64,000 bases of DNA from Nitrosopumilus sp. (lineage in GTDB: Archaea; Thermoproteota; Nitrososphaeria; Nitrososphaerales; Nitrosopumilaceae), in contig CBDFGF010000006.1 of the NCBI GenBank assembly GCA_965247045.1, positions 144,870-208,869 on the forward strand, in the 5' to 3' direction. The notes beneath the pieces are model-generated. The model was given only the letters and a program-made list of their open reading frames with translations. It searched no databases and was not told the DNA's origin. Shown piece by piece: positions 50,662-61,070 of this stretch. Both the position numbers and the translations under genes were made by a program. The stretch's first letter is position 1. The number at the start of each line of letters is the position of its first letter.

Positions 50662-51996
50662 TTAATTTACACTAACTGTACCTTTCATCCAAGGATGGAA
50701 TGTACAAAAATAATCCCATTCTCCAGATTTATCAAATGTATATAACCAAGTACTGCCTGCTTGAATAAATCCTGAATCAAATGATCCTTCAATATCAGTA
50801 ACTGTATGTGCTACAAAGTCATCGTTTGTCCATGTAGCAGTAGTGCCTGAATTGACTTGGATTGATGTAGGATTATAAGATTCTATAATTTCAGGATTGT
50901 AAGACTCTTTTACAATAGACACCTGATCAGTTTCAATTTTTATTGCATCGACAGTTGTTACTTCTCCCAAATTCTCATAAGAAATAATCTGTGGTGCTTC
51001 TAAGGATTTTATCAAATCTTCTTGCCATTTTATCATTGAATGACTCCCTTCACTGTTACTGGGAGTTTCCAACTTGGATAATGAGAAACTATCTTCAACT
51101 ATTTCTATTATCCCCATAGAGCCACGTTCTTCTTGTATGCCATGAACATGGAAGAGGTATTTTCCTGACTCATTCCATTTTGCCTCAATTATTGCAGTAT
51201 CTCCATTTGCAACTAGATGAGTTTGTGCAAAATATGGCTCATTCCATAAAATTCCTGATGGATATACTTTGAAAATTGTACTGTGAATATGAAATGGAGA
51301 TTGTAATACTCCACCAATTCCAATTACATAGAATCTAGCTAGTTCTCCTTTGACAATTTGAATTGGGTTGTCCATGTATTGGTTGGCAAATCCATTAACT
51401 GGATAGTATTCTGTAAAGTATTCTAAAGCGTTATTTGGATCCATTTCACTTAGAACGAAAAAATATTCTCTTGCAGGTTCCATTGGGTGTATTGCAGGAT
51501 CTATAATCATTGTGCCATACATCCCCATTCTTACATGCTCAGTTGTTGGAAATGCATGACAGTGGTACATGAATAATCCAGATTCATGTGCAACAAAATT
51601 ATACGTGTACTCTTCACCAGGCATTATCTGTGGCCATACTCCATCATTTGCAGAATCATGTGTACCATGAAAATGAATTGTATGGGCATAAGGGGTTTCA
51701 TTTACAAACTTAACTGTAACATCATCACCTTCGGTAAATCTTAGAGTTGGTGCAGGAACTGTTCCATTGTATGTCCATACTGTTGTTGTTACTCCTGGGG
51801 ATATTTCAATTTCAGCATCTTGAGCAATTAATGTGTAAGATAGTTTTTGTGGATTTGGATTTTTGAATTTGGGATAAACATCAACTGATTCTGCCTCAGT
51901 AGTCTGAATAGTTGGAGATTCAATAAATGCAAAAAAGGCAACACTAAATCCAATAATTACTCCAAGTACAATATACAAAGTAATACTCTGCTTCAT
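50662..51996 (-). CDS. Two-domain multicopper oxidase with C-terminal cupredoxin domain
   Basis: HTIHFHG, YHCH..EHVRMGM (T1), FHIHS, FHVH; C-terminal HTV..YFCTFHPWM. Confidence 0.92.
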   Translation of the reverse strand: MKQSITLYIVLGVIIGFSVAFFAFIESPTIQTTEAESVDVYPKFKNPNPQKLSYTLIAQDAEIEISPGVTTTVWTYNGTVPAPTLRFTEGDDVTVKFVNETPYAHTIHFHGTHDSANDGVWPQIMPGEEYTYNFVAHESGLFMYHCHAFPTTEHVRMGMYGTMIIDPAIHPMEPAREYFFVLSEMDPNNALEYFTEYYPVNGFANQYMDNPIQIVKGELARFYVIGIGGVLQSPFHIHSTIFKVYPSGILWNEPYFAQTHLVANGDTAIIEAKWNESGKYLFHVHGIQEERGSMGIIEIVEDSFSLSKLETPSNSEGSHSMIKWQEDLIKSLEAPQIISYENLGEVTTVDAIKIETDQVSIVKESYNPEIIESYNPTSIQVNSGTTATWTNDDFVAHTVTDIEGSFDSGFIQAGSTWLYTFDKSGEWDYFCTFHPWMKGTVSVN

Positions 51997-52087
51997 AGTG
52001 GTACACAATTCTCATTTTAATAATTAATAAGTTAATGTACAAACTATCATGATTGCGAATCAAGTTTGATAACATCAAATTCAGAAA

Positions 52088-53377
52088 TCATTTTACATTC
52101 TCCTTTCGTTTATTATACAAAAGATAAAAAATACAACCTGCCCCAATTATTCCAACTCCTACTAAAATAATTTCTAACTCAAATTGCATTGCCATATAGA
52201 TGGTTGTAACAAATCCAAAAAGTGGTAAAATTGGGAATTTACCTATGTTTAGTGGGACTCTAAATGGTCTTTCTTCATCGGGTCTTACATATCGTAATAA
52301 AATCACTGATAAATTCACCATCGCAAATGTAATGATAACTGCAAAAACCACGATATTTGCAACAATTACAATATCACCAACAAAAGCAAATGCAACTGAC
52401 GTAACTAAAATCCCAATTACTGCAATCCAGGGAGTTCCAGTTTTAGAGTGGACCTGTCCAAAAATGGATGGTAGAGAACCAGATCTTGCCATGCCATACA
52501 GTATTCTTGCACCAGCTACTAGGGTGATAAGGACGGTACTAGCAGTAGCAAAAAGTGCAATTACGGACATAGTAATTCCACCTCCTAATCCTAAACCTCT
52601 TGTGGCAACATCAGCTAAAGGTGCAGCTGATTGACCCAATTCTTCCCAATTTAAGATACGTACTGAGGATAAAGAAACAAGAATGTAGATTACTGCTGTA
52701 ATTAATATAGATAAAATTATTGCATGTGGCAGTGTTTTTTTTGGTCTCTTTACTTCTTCTGCTACGTTTGCCATATCTTCAAATCCAATAAATGCAAAAA
52801 ATATCAAAACAAATGCGAGTATTATTCCCGTCATTCCGTTTGGTGCATCAAAATAATCAACAGGTTCGCTAGCTTCAAATGTAAAACCCAAGAAAATGAT
52901 TATTCCAAGACCTGCAATCGTAACTAATGCAAAAATCGTATTTGCCCACGCAGATTGTTTTATTCCAATAAAACTAACAAATGATAGTGCCCCAAGAAGT
53001 AAAATTGCAGAAAGAGTAATTGGAATGTCTAAAAATTGTGCAAAATAACCGCCAAATCCTAACGCAACAGTTGCACCAACAATCATAGATGTAATGGCAG
53101 TTAACCAACCAATCAAAAATCCAATAAATTCACTTTTAAATGCATTTTTTACAAAAACATATTCTGCAGCTGCTCTTGGAAATAATGTTGTAAGCTCTGC
53201 ATAGCTTAATCCCGCAAATACTGCTACAATTGCTCCTAAGCCAAAAGAGATCCACATAGAATTTCCAGCAAAACCCGCAGCCTCCCCAATTAGAACATAA
53301 ATTCCTGCACCAAGAGTTAGTCCGATTCCATACATTGTAAGCTGAAAAAGCCCCATGCGGCGTTTTAGTTCAGACAA
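52088..53377 (-). CDS. APC-family amino acid permease
   Basis: GAGIY, LSYAEL, AFIGFE, ERPFRVP; about 12 TM helices. Confidence 0.92.
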   Translation of the reverse strand: MSELKRRMGLFQLTMYGIGLTLGAGIYVLIGEAAGFAGNSMWISFGLGAIVAVFAGLSYAELTTLFPRAAAEYVFVKNAFKSEFIGFLIGWLTAITSMIVGATVALGFGGYFAQFLDIPITLSAILLLGALSFVSFIGIKQSAWANTIFALVTIAGLGIIIFLGFTFEASEPVDYFDAPNGMTGIILAFVLIFFAFIGFEDMANVAEEVKRPKKTLPHAIILSILITAVIYILVSLSSVRILNWEELGQSAAPLADVATRGLGLGGGITMSVIALFATASTVLITLVAGARILYGMARSGSLPSIFGQVHSKTGTPWIAVIGILVTSVAFAFVGDIVIVANIVVFAVIITFAMVNLSVILLRYVRPDEERPFRVPLNIGKFPILPLFGFVTTIYMAMQFELEIILVGVGIIGAGCIFYLLYNKRKENVK

Positions 53378-53382
53378 CTCGT

Positions 53383-53790
53383 TTATTTTACAATCAGGAT
53401 TGGGCATTTAGTTTTTTGGAAAACTCCATTTGTAACACTGCCCAGAAGCCATTTATCAAAACCAGTTCTACCATGAGAGCCTATTACAACCAGATCATGT
53501 TTTTGTGATTTTGCAAAAGTTATAATATCATTAATAACTGATTCTGATGTTAAAATTTTAGACCTTACAGAAATGTTGTTTTTATTTGCAAGGGATTCTA
53601 ATTTTTCAAAATGTTTTTTCACAACTTTGGTTTGTTCTTTTATTGGTTTAGAATTGGCTCTTAATTCATAATACAAGTGATGCCATGCATATACATCAAT
53701 ACATGTAAGAATGGTTATTTTTGAATTGCGTTTTTTTGCAATATCTAATACCACTTTAATCCCCGACGTTCTTACATTTTTATTTAACAA
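53383..53790 (-). CDS. Universal stress protein (N-terminus possibly degraded)
   Basis: DLVVIGSHGRTG...LGSVT..CPILIVK. Confidence 0.85.
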   Translation of the reverse strand: MLNKNVRTSGIKVVLDIAKKRNSKITILTCIDVYAWHHLYYELRANSKPIKEQTKVVKKHFEKLESLANKNNISVRSKILTSESVINDIITFAKSQKHDLVVIGSHGRTGFDKWLLGSVTNGVFQKTKCPILIVK

Positions 53791-54137
53791 AACAAATATT
53801 CTGTGCCTAGTTTTATCTTCTCTTCAGATGACCTGACAATATCTTAACTGCCATCTCAGTTACCGATAAATGTTATAGTAAATATTCACATTAAAAACAA
53901 TTTACAGGGTTAAATTTCCTTTTCATACAACAAAATAACTTAAGGCAGCTCCTCATGCGGTGCTGTTACCTCTTAGGTTGTTTTTATCAGTGTTACCGTT
54001 CGGTTGGTCAAGAGGCTCAAATGGTATCAATTCGGGCTTTTTCTCAACAATAGACACTGTTCCAAACTCGGGACATCTCGGATAGCTGTTCAATTCGGGA
54101 CATGAAGATCTAGTGTGTTGCATAATTCCTCCTAGTA

Positions 54138-55278
54138 AACTTTGTTTCCCAATTCCACTCTAAACATTCATTCTCAAGACAAATCCCAAACTAACTATGA
54201 TTCATCTCCTGTTCCAGTACAGCATCAATCATCAAATTGTAAATCATCACCTTGAATTTTATTTCCCTTACAACGTTACACCAAACTCTTGCAGAAACAT
54301 TCTCTCCTAAAATTCTCTTAAATGTAGAAATTGCAATCTCTACTGTCCAACGTCTGCCATAACCAATATCTTTCTTCCACTGCTTTTGATTCTCTTTTCT
54401 TTGTTGCTCTGTTAAACCATCAAACATCTTGATATTTTCAGCATTCATTTCACAATGGCCAAGCTGCAACAATCCCTGCTCTTTTCTTAACTTGTTTCCT
54501 TTTGTCTTTGGTGAGAAATTTTTTCTTACTGGAATTATTGGTATGACATTTTTCTTTTCACATTCTTTAAAATTATCGTTGGTGTCATATGCGCCATCAG
54601 CACCAACTAACAATTCTTCGGATTTTTTGACATTAGAGGAATTCTCAATGTTGTGCAATGCTTCAGATAGCAATCTCCCAAATTCTGGTGCATCGCCTGA
54701 TTTCTCATCCGTAATTGACACTGCATAAATTTTCTTGGTCCTTGAATCAACCATGGTGTGCATCTTGATGAATCCACGTCTTAGATCCCATTTTTCACCC
54801 ATCCAGTCACCACGACTAGTTGGTTTGAGTCCTGTAGAGTCACCTGCCAAAAATACAATCTCTGTTTTTGTCTTTCCATCTGAGAACCAACTCTTGCCAT
54901 TATTATCTTCTAGGCTTGTCTTGTTGATTCTCTTCCAAATTGCTGAAAAGTTTGGTGATTTTTCTTTTCCCAACATGTCTTCAATTATTCCCTGCAGTTG
55001 TCTGTATCCAGTACCTACAGTGTTTCTGAATAATGCAGTTACCATAAAACACACATCTGAATATACAAACGGATGTCCGACCTTTCCATCATTTAGTTGT
55101 TCAACACCTTCTGACATTATATCATCATCAAGATGTAACACATAGAGTTTACCACGTGAAATGTATCGCCTGTCATCATATTTTATCTTCTGAGGCATAA
55201 TTTGATATGAAAATTTTGCGATCCAAATCTTTTTCGATTATATTTTGAGGCTAGATGAAATAATTAGGAAACAAAGTT
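54138..55278 (-). mobile_element. IS5-family (IS903-like) IS, type B
   Basis: TIRs AACTTTGTTTCC(C/T)AATT. Confidence 0.87.
54191..55198 (-). CDS. IS5-family transposase
   Basis: GDSTGLK, GDW, KMH, ADGAYD, YGRRWTVE. Confidence 0.9.
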   Translation of the reverse strand: MPQKIKYDDRRYISRGKLYVLHLDDDIMSEGVEQLNDGKVGHPFVYSDVCFMVTALFRNTVGTGYRQLQGIIEDMLGKEKSPNFSAIWKRINKTSLEDNNGKSWFSDGKTKTEIVFLAGDSTGLKPTSRGDWMGEKWDLRRGFIKMHTMVDSRTKKIYAVSITDEKSGDAPEFGRLLSEALHNIENSSNVKKSEELLVGADGAYDTNDNFKECEKKNVIPIIPVRKNFSPKTKGNKLRKEQGLLQLGHCEMNAENIKMFDGLTEQQRKENQKQWKKDIGYGRRWTVEIAISTFKRILGENVSARVWCNVVREIKFKVMIYNLMIDAVLEQEMNHS

Positions 55279-55876
55279 GACTGTGTGCATCCCTTTTTTG
55301 CCCGAGTAGTGCGTCTGTCTCTTCTTTTTGTTCTTCTTTGGCCTTGGTATCTGCTGCTCTGATGAGTCAATCATCACGCAAAACCTTGGAAAGTACCGTT
55401 CAAGATCCTGTATGGTCCCTATCTTTTTGGATTCGGCGTACATCATCTTCTGGGGGATTGGTATTGAGCCTCGCACGGCAGGCTCCATATACCTGATGTC
55501 CCTGCACACGTTGCTCTGGTCCAAACCAAAGAGGTGTCCTGCAAGCTCGTACGTGATGTACATCCTGTAGTAGACCAGAAGCATCATAAGCCTGTCCCTG
55601 ACTGGAAGAGCGAATCTGCGTCCTGCCCCAATCTTTCGCTCCCTCTTTTTGCGGGATAGCCTTCTTTACTCTGTTCTTTTGTACTCTTTTTCTATCTCAG
55701 ATGACAAAAAATCAAACTGTTCTAGGCTAATCCCAGTAAATGACTGGAATGACCTTGGCTTTCTGGCTAGTTTCTTGTATGTTAGCATGAAATAACGAGG
55801 ATGTTCTCAGCTTTGGATCTTGCTGTGAGTGAATTTGCATAATTTGATCAAATTGTGTCAATTGCGCAAGAGGTCT
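55279..55876 (-). mobile_element. ISL2-group IS, copy 3 (5' half only)
   Basis: Near-identical to ~16096-16693; cut at KGMHTV by the type B IS. Confidence 0.88.
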
Positions 55877-55982
55877 ATTCACGGTAATGTACTAGGAGGA
55901 ATTATGCAACACACTAGATAATTAGAGCCCCGGCAACCAAGACCTTACCTGAAATCAAACAAATAATAAGAGACAAGGCTCA

Positions 55983-56526
55983 ATGGATATTCAAAAAACA
56001 ATCAGGGTTTCAAAAGATCAAACCACAGATAGTAAAGGCCACATTTACTGCAGGATCTATACTCCCATATCTGGGAAAAACTATCAAATCAAAATTATTA
56101 CCAAACAGAAATCAGATTCAATTCAATTATCTAAAGAAGAATTCACAATCAAGCTTCAATCAAGTCGTTCTTCAAGAAAAATTGTACAGAATTTGTACGA
56201 AAACTGGTTGGCAAAAAAAGCAAATGGGATTTTTGATAAAAAAATCTCAAAATTCTCAAAGAGACTCTAACTTGAACCAAAAAAAAACTGTAATTAAAAA
56301 TCTCAAAGATCGTTGAGGCAGTCTTTCACAAGACAAGATGCTAAATCTCAACATGAATTTGCTAAAGGCGCCTGATGATGTAATAGATTATGTAATATTG
56401 CATGAGCTAACTCACCTCAAAATCAAGACCCATACTCATCATTTTTGGGAATTTGTGCATAAGTTCATGCCTAATTATGAGCAAAAACGCCTATGGCTTG
56501 GGCATCATGGTCAAAGAATAGTATAA
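55983..56526 (+). pseudogene. M48/YgjP (DUF45) metallopeptidase, disrupted
   Basis: IDYVILHELTHL..H..FW..MPNY; stops and frameshift at 56268-56320. Confidence 0.75.
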
Positions 56527-56579
56527 TCTAGATCCTGCCGAAGCCAACCATAATCAACAAATTATTTCTAGTTATTAGA

Positions 56580-57720
56580 TGAAACTTGGGCATAATGATC
56601 TACAAAAATAAATCCAAATGATTCTAACAGCAAAGCATTCTCTTTACAATTCTTGGATTCCCATTACTTACAACACAGTTGTAATACACTGCAAGCTGAT
56701 ACACCAAGACACAAACCAGAGCAAATGACTTCACATTGACAAATCCTTTTACTGGCAATATCCTTATGTTGAATATGTCTTTGACAATCTCAAATAACGG
56801 CTCGATTGACACCTTTCTCTGAGAGTACAGCTCTTGACCTTCTTTGGAATCATAAAACTCTGCCAGCTTTATTCTGTCTGGTGGTGTAGAATGATATACT
56901 TTGACTGGACAGATCAGTCTCAGATTTTTCTCATTGCTGCAATGGTACAGGTTGCCATCATCATACGCAGGATCTGCCAATATGTTTTGGAACAGCCCTG
57001 CAAGTGAATCAACTAGTGTACCATATGGTTTGCCGTCATGAGCATTTGCAGTGCTGATACAGGCAGACAGTGGAACTATCAGTTTGCCAGTGGGACAACT
57101 CATGTGCAGTTTGTATCCAAATGTCCAGCCCCTTGATTTGGAATAACCCCACTTGGCATCAGTGTCAATTCCTGCAATTGGAAGACGATTTTGTCTGATG
57201 TCAGATCTGTGCCATACTGGGCCTGCAGCTTTTAGCATTGTGCTATCAATTGATGCAGATGTATCATCTACCTACCCTTCTGAGACAAACAGGTTCCCCA
57301 TGGTACTAATCACGCCGCGAATTGGCAACACTTGGAATCTTCTGTCAATTGTTCTTCTGTCTGGAATTTGTTGTATCCTGCAAACCTTGAGCAATTTGTC
57401 ATTATTACATTTGATGAACAAGAAATAGTGCAGTGTATTGTTACTTGGAATTCTCATCCATGATTTTATGATGTATAGTTGTACCATCAGAATGGTTGGA
57501 TAAACATACGGTCTTCCACGCCTAATTACATCCTCATACAGAGACAATGCTCTGATCAAATACAAAACACCAATAAGAAATGACTGACATCTCATGTTGC
57601 TAGGGATTCTTGCTTGTTTTGACATTCCAATGAACAAAACATACTGAGATCCTTAGCTTTTTTGATTGCAATAATTTAAGAAATTGATTAAAAATTGGAA
57701 ATCATTATGCCCAAGTCTCA
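56580..57720 (-). mobile_element. DDE_Tnp_1-type IS, copy 3
   Basis: Same TIRs as 7992-9134; TSD GTTATTAGA (9 bp, or 11 bp if the ends are GA..TC). Confidence 0.9.
56624..57625 (-). pseudogene. DDE transposase with in-frame TAG at 57272-57274
   Basis: Leu codon in the other copies is a stop here. Confidence 0.88.
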
Positions 57721-57994
57721 GTTATTAGATGTGTTGTGTAATATTATTCCTAGGCACGTATTTTGGATACAGCTACTTGTGATCTGCTCTGGTCATACCC
57801 AAGTGGAGCCACAGATACCAAAAAAGAGATCTAAGAATTTCACGACTGGACTCCGATATGTTTGAATCTTTTAACTTAGTTTTCTAAAACATGATGTCAA
57901 GACGGTTGAAGAAATTGATACTCCAAATGGAATACAAACAAACTACAAATCAATATGAAAAAAGTTAAGCATGAGTAATAGAAATTGATTTTGT

Positions 57995-58588
57995 ATGTTT
58001 GGCAGATCCAAAATATGCATAGTTTGTAGTGAGAAACTGGGGGATTCAAATAATTATACGCATTATAATATCAGGTATGGACAAGGTGGCAATGTTGGAA
58101 AATTAAATGTTCATAAAAATATATCTTGCCATAATCAAGGGGCAAAAATATTAGAACAGCAAATGGGCGGTACAAAATGGAAATATGTTGAAGTATCTAC
58201 CAGTGTAAATAGGAAAAAATTTGTTTATTATTTATTGTTTTTGTTTAAGAAAAAAACCTTTGATTTCTTTATTTTTTGGATTTATCCAAATGGTCTAACA
58301 AAGATTCATAAAGACATGTACAAATTTCTAAAAGAATTCAGTCACAACAAAGATCTAGTTTTTGGAATGACTACAGAAAATTTGGAGTCCAATTCTTTAC
58401 CTATTTTGTTATGTGTAAATGATCCAATAATTCCATCAGATATAATTCAGAGTGATTTTTACAAGAACTGTATAAAAGACGCAGCAAAAAAAGTAAATAT
58501 TGACATGGCGATTAGAGGAAAGAACAAGCATGAAGCTATACAAATTTTATTGCAATATGTTTGTAGTACAACTATAAGACTAGATTGA
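57995..58588 (+). CDS. Hypothetical protein (possibly chimeric)
   Basis: 197-aa ORF with N-terminal CxxC..H..C. Confidence 0.45.
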   Translation: MFGRSKICIVCSEKLGDSNNYTHYNIRYGQGGNVGKLNVHKNISCHNQGAKILEQQMGGTKWKYVEVSTSVNRKKFVYYLLFLFKKKTFDFFIFWIYPNGLTKIHKDMYKFLKEFSHNKDLVFGMTTENLESNSLPILLCVNDPIIPSDIIQSDFYKNCIKDAAKKVNIDMAIRGKNKHEAIQILLQYVCSTTIRLD

Positions 58589-58590
58589 TT

Positions 58591-58637
58591 TGCTGTGTTT
58601 CCTGACATGACCAAATGATCCAAACTTGAGTTATATT
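58591..58637 (+). mobile_element. Solo IS903-like type A left end
   Basis: TGCTGTGTTTCCTGACATGAC. Confidence 0.6.
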
Positions 58638-58695
58638 AGACCTCTTGCGTAATTACCAACAAAACGCGTCATTTAGCCAAATTAATTCATCGTCG

Positions 58696-59636
58696 TCATG
58701 GAATCACGGCAAAATCCTTCCACCATTGTATCATGAAATTGACCAGGCTACAGATGATGTTGCTAATGCAGTCATAACGGCGCAGCCTGTTCCTGAAGAT
58801 ACCCTGCATTATCCTGAACTTCTTGATATGGGCAATGGTGTGCTCTACTGTAATCCTGATTTTGGACTGGTTCCTGTTGAACTCCTTTTGCCTTGCAGTC
58901 AGTTTTCTGCCTCCTTTGCGCTTGCATGGAAGCACTGGATTGAACTCTGGGAAATTATTTCTCATTCCCTCGTATCCCAAGTCGACAAACGTCTGCAGCC
59001 CATCTGGCAGCATCGTAGGATGCTTGGCCTGAAACATCTTGTAGTCATGCGGCCTGCCAGGAGAGTGCGGAGGCTTGTGGACTATCTGGCCGTCAAGGTT
59101 TACCGTATACTGGTTCTTGACTGTGTGCATCCCCTTTTTGCCCGAGTAGTGCGTCTGTCTCTTCTTTTTGTTCTTCTTTGGCCTTGGGATCTGCTGCTCT
59201 GATGAGTCAATCATCACGCGAAACTCCGGAAAGTGTCGTTTCATCTCCTGTATGGTCCCTATCTTTTTGGATTTGGTGTACATCATCTTCTGTGGGATTG
59301 GTATTGAGCCCCTCACTGCAGCCTCCAGGTATTTGATGTCCCTGCAGACGTTGCTCTGGTCAAGATTAAAGAGGTACCCTGCAAGCTCGTATGTGATGTA
59401 CATCCTGTAGTATACTAGAAGCATAACTGCCCTGTCCTTGACGGGAAGCTCAAACTTGTGTCCGGCCCGACTCTTCGTCTCCGCTTCTTCTTGGAAGAGG
59501 AGGAGAGTCTCTTTTTCTCTGTGATCTTGTATTTCTTTTCTATCTCAGATGACAAAAAATCAAACTGTTCTAGGCTAATCCCAGTAAATGACTGGAACGC
59601 TCTTGGCTTTTTGGCTAGTTTCTTGTATGTTAGCAT
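58696..59636 (-). pseudogene. DDE_Tnp_4 transposase, frameshift near 59465
   Basis: Split into 59415-59636 and 58696-59424. Confidence 0.85.
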
Positions 59637-59654
59637 GAAATAATGAGGATGTTC

Positions 59655-60551
59655 TCAGGGCTTCCTAGAAATCATCCACAATAACACACAAGAAATGATA
59701 CACATTCTGTGACAATTATAAGCCAACACACGATACAGCAGCTCTTTTGTTCTCATGGATTCATTGTATGATTTAATTTCTGATCCAAATTTTCTTTTGA
59801 TTACAGAAAATATCGTTTCAGTCATATTACGCTGATAGTACAATGACTCATCAAGCTCTCTTCTCATCATTTTCCTGTGTTTGCCATGCGTATCTGAAAT
59901 CATGTTGTTGCCTCTGACTGGAATCATTGACCGTACATTCTCATCTTGAATCATCTGATGGACCCATTCAGCATCATATCCTCTGTCTAGTACCATAATC
60001 CACATTGTAGTGACCTCAAGCATTTGTGCAAACAATTGTGGGAAATGTTTGATGTCATGACTCACTGGATGGTGCTGGATCACAACTGCACAAACTAGTT
60101 GTGATTTCATATCAGAACCTGCTGAGCATTTGGTGTATGCATGCCTGAGATTGCATCTGTAAGTGTAGTAGGGAGCTGCGTGTCTAGTTTCAAATCCGGT
60201 TGCATCAGCGCCTGCAAATATTTTTCCAGGAGATATGATTCCAATGAACCTGCCAATTGCAACATGCAGTAAGATGTCACTGAGTCTTGCTGCTGCCTTT
60301 TGCAGCGTTGTAAAATGTGGAATTGTCTTTAATTGTAATTGAACTACAATCGCAGTGGCCACTTCAAGCCATTCCACAAATGACTCGTAGCTTTTTGACT
60401 CGTACTGTCTAAGAACCAGCAGTACGATATGCTGGTGTATTGAAAATGTGTGTTTGGATTTTGGATGCAAAAATAATGGAACATGCATTTTCTTTAATAT
60501 GGACAGCATGATGCGGATCATGCGTCTGTATTTCTTGTTCATGGATGCCAA
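59655..60551 (-). CDS. IS5-family transposase
   Basis: PHFTTLQK, DATGF, LDRGYD, YYQRNMTETIFSVIKR. Confidence 0.9.
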   Translation of the reverse strand: MASMNKKYRRMIRIMLSILKKMHVPLFLHPKSKHTFSIHQHIVLLVLRQYESKSYESFVEWLEVATAIVVQLQLKTIPHFTTLQKAAARLSDILLHVAIGRFIGIISPGKIFAGADATGFETRHAAPYYTYRCNLRHAYTKCSAGSDMKSQLVCAVVIQHHPVSHDIKHFPQLFAQMLEVTTMWIMVLDRGYDAEWVHQMIQDENVRSMIPVRGNNMISDTHGKHRKMMRRELDESLYYQRNMTETIFSVIKRKFGSEIKSYNESMRTKELLYRVLAYNCHRMCIISCVLLWMISRKP

Positions 60552-60629
60552 AAGGCATCCATTCTGATTGATCCATGCAGTTTAGTGTGATCTACAAATG
60601 TGTCAAAGAATGATGATTTCTAGGAAGCC
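59659..60629 (-). mobile_element. Archaeal IS5-family IS
   Basis: Perfect 18-bp TIRs GGCTTCCTAGAAATCATC; 8-bp TSD GTTCTCAG. Confidence 0.92.
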
Positions 60630-60723
60630 GTTCTCAGCTTTGGATCTTGCTGTGAGTAAATCTGCATAATCTGATCAAATTGTGTTAATTACGCAAGAGG
60701 TCTATTGTGTAGAATAGTTGTGC

Positions 60724-60863
60724 CGTTATGACTGCATTAGCAACATCATCTGTAGCCTGGTCAATTTCATGATACAATGGTGGAAGGATTTTGCCGTGAT
60801 TCCATGACGATGAATCAATTTGATTAAGCGATTACGCTTTGCTAATAATTGCGCAAGAGGTCT
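60724..60863 (+). mobile_element. ISL2-group right-end fragment
   Basis: Largely the reverse complement of 58638-58780; ends in GCAAGAGGTCT. Confidence 0.82.
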
Positions 60864-61070
60864 AATGGAATCGAAGGTTTTTGGAGATATGCCAAGACAT
60901 GGATGGTCACTACTGTGGAGTTTCAAAGCAATACTTCCATCTGTATCTAAAATAAATTGAATTTCGATTCAGAGGGATCTCTTTGAAGTATTAACAAAAT
61001 TGCTGGTAAAATCTGTTCCAAATGGGTGGCATTACTCAATATTTATGTTCTAGTTTTTGAATATTTTCTT

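Larger units (their letters stand above)
54114..55913. mobile_element. IS/MITE shell with 24-bp TIRs and CTAG TSD, filled by two other IS
   Basis: TGTGTTGCATAATTCCTCCTAGTA perfectly inverted at both ends, each flanked by CTAG. Confidence 0.75.
58638..60703 (-). mobile_element. ISL2-group IS, copy 4, with a nested IS5 element
   Basis: AGACCTCTTGCG TIRs; TSD ATT. Confidence 0.9.

Noticed and set aside
58645-59202. 185-aa ORF and similar antisense ORFs inside IS copies
   Set aside because: Antisense to GC-richer transposases and not equally open in all copies
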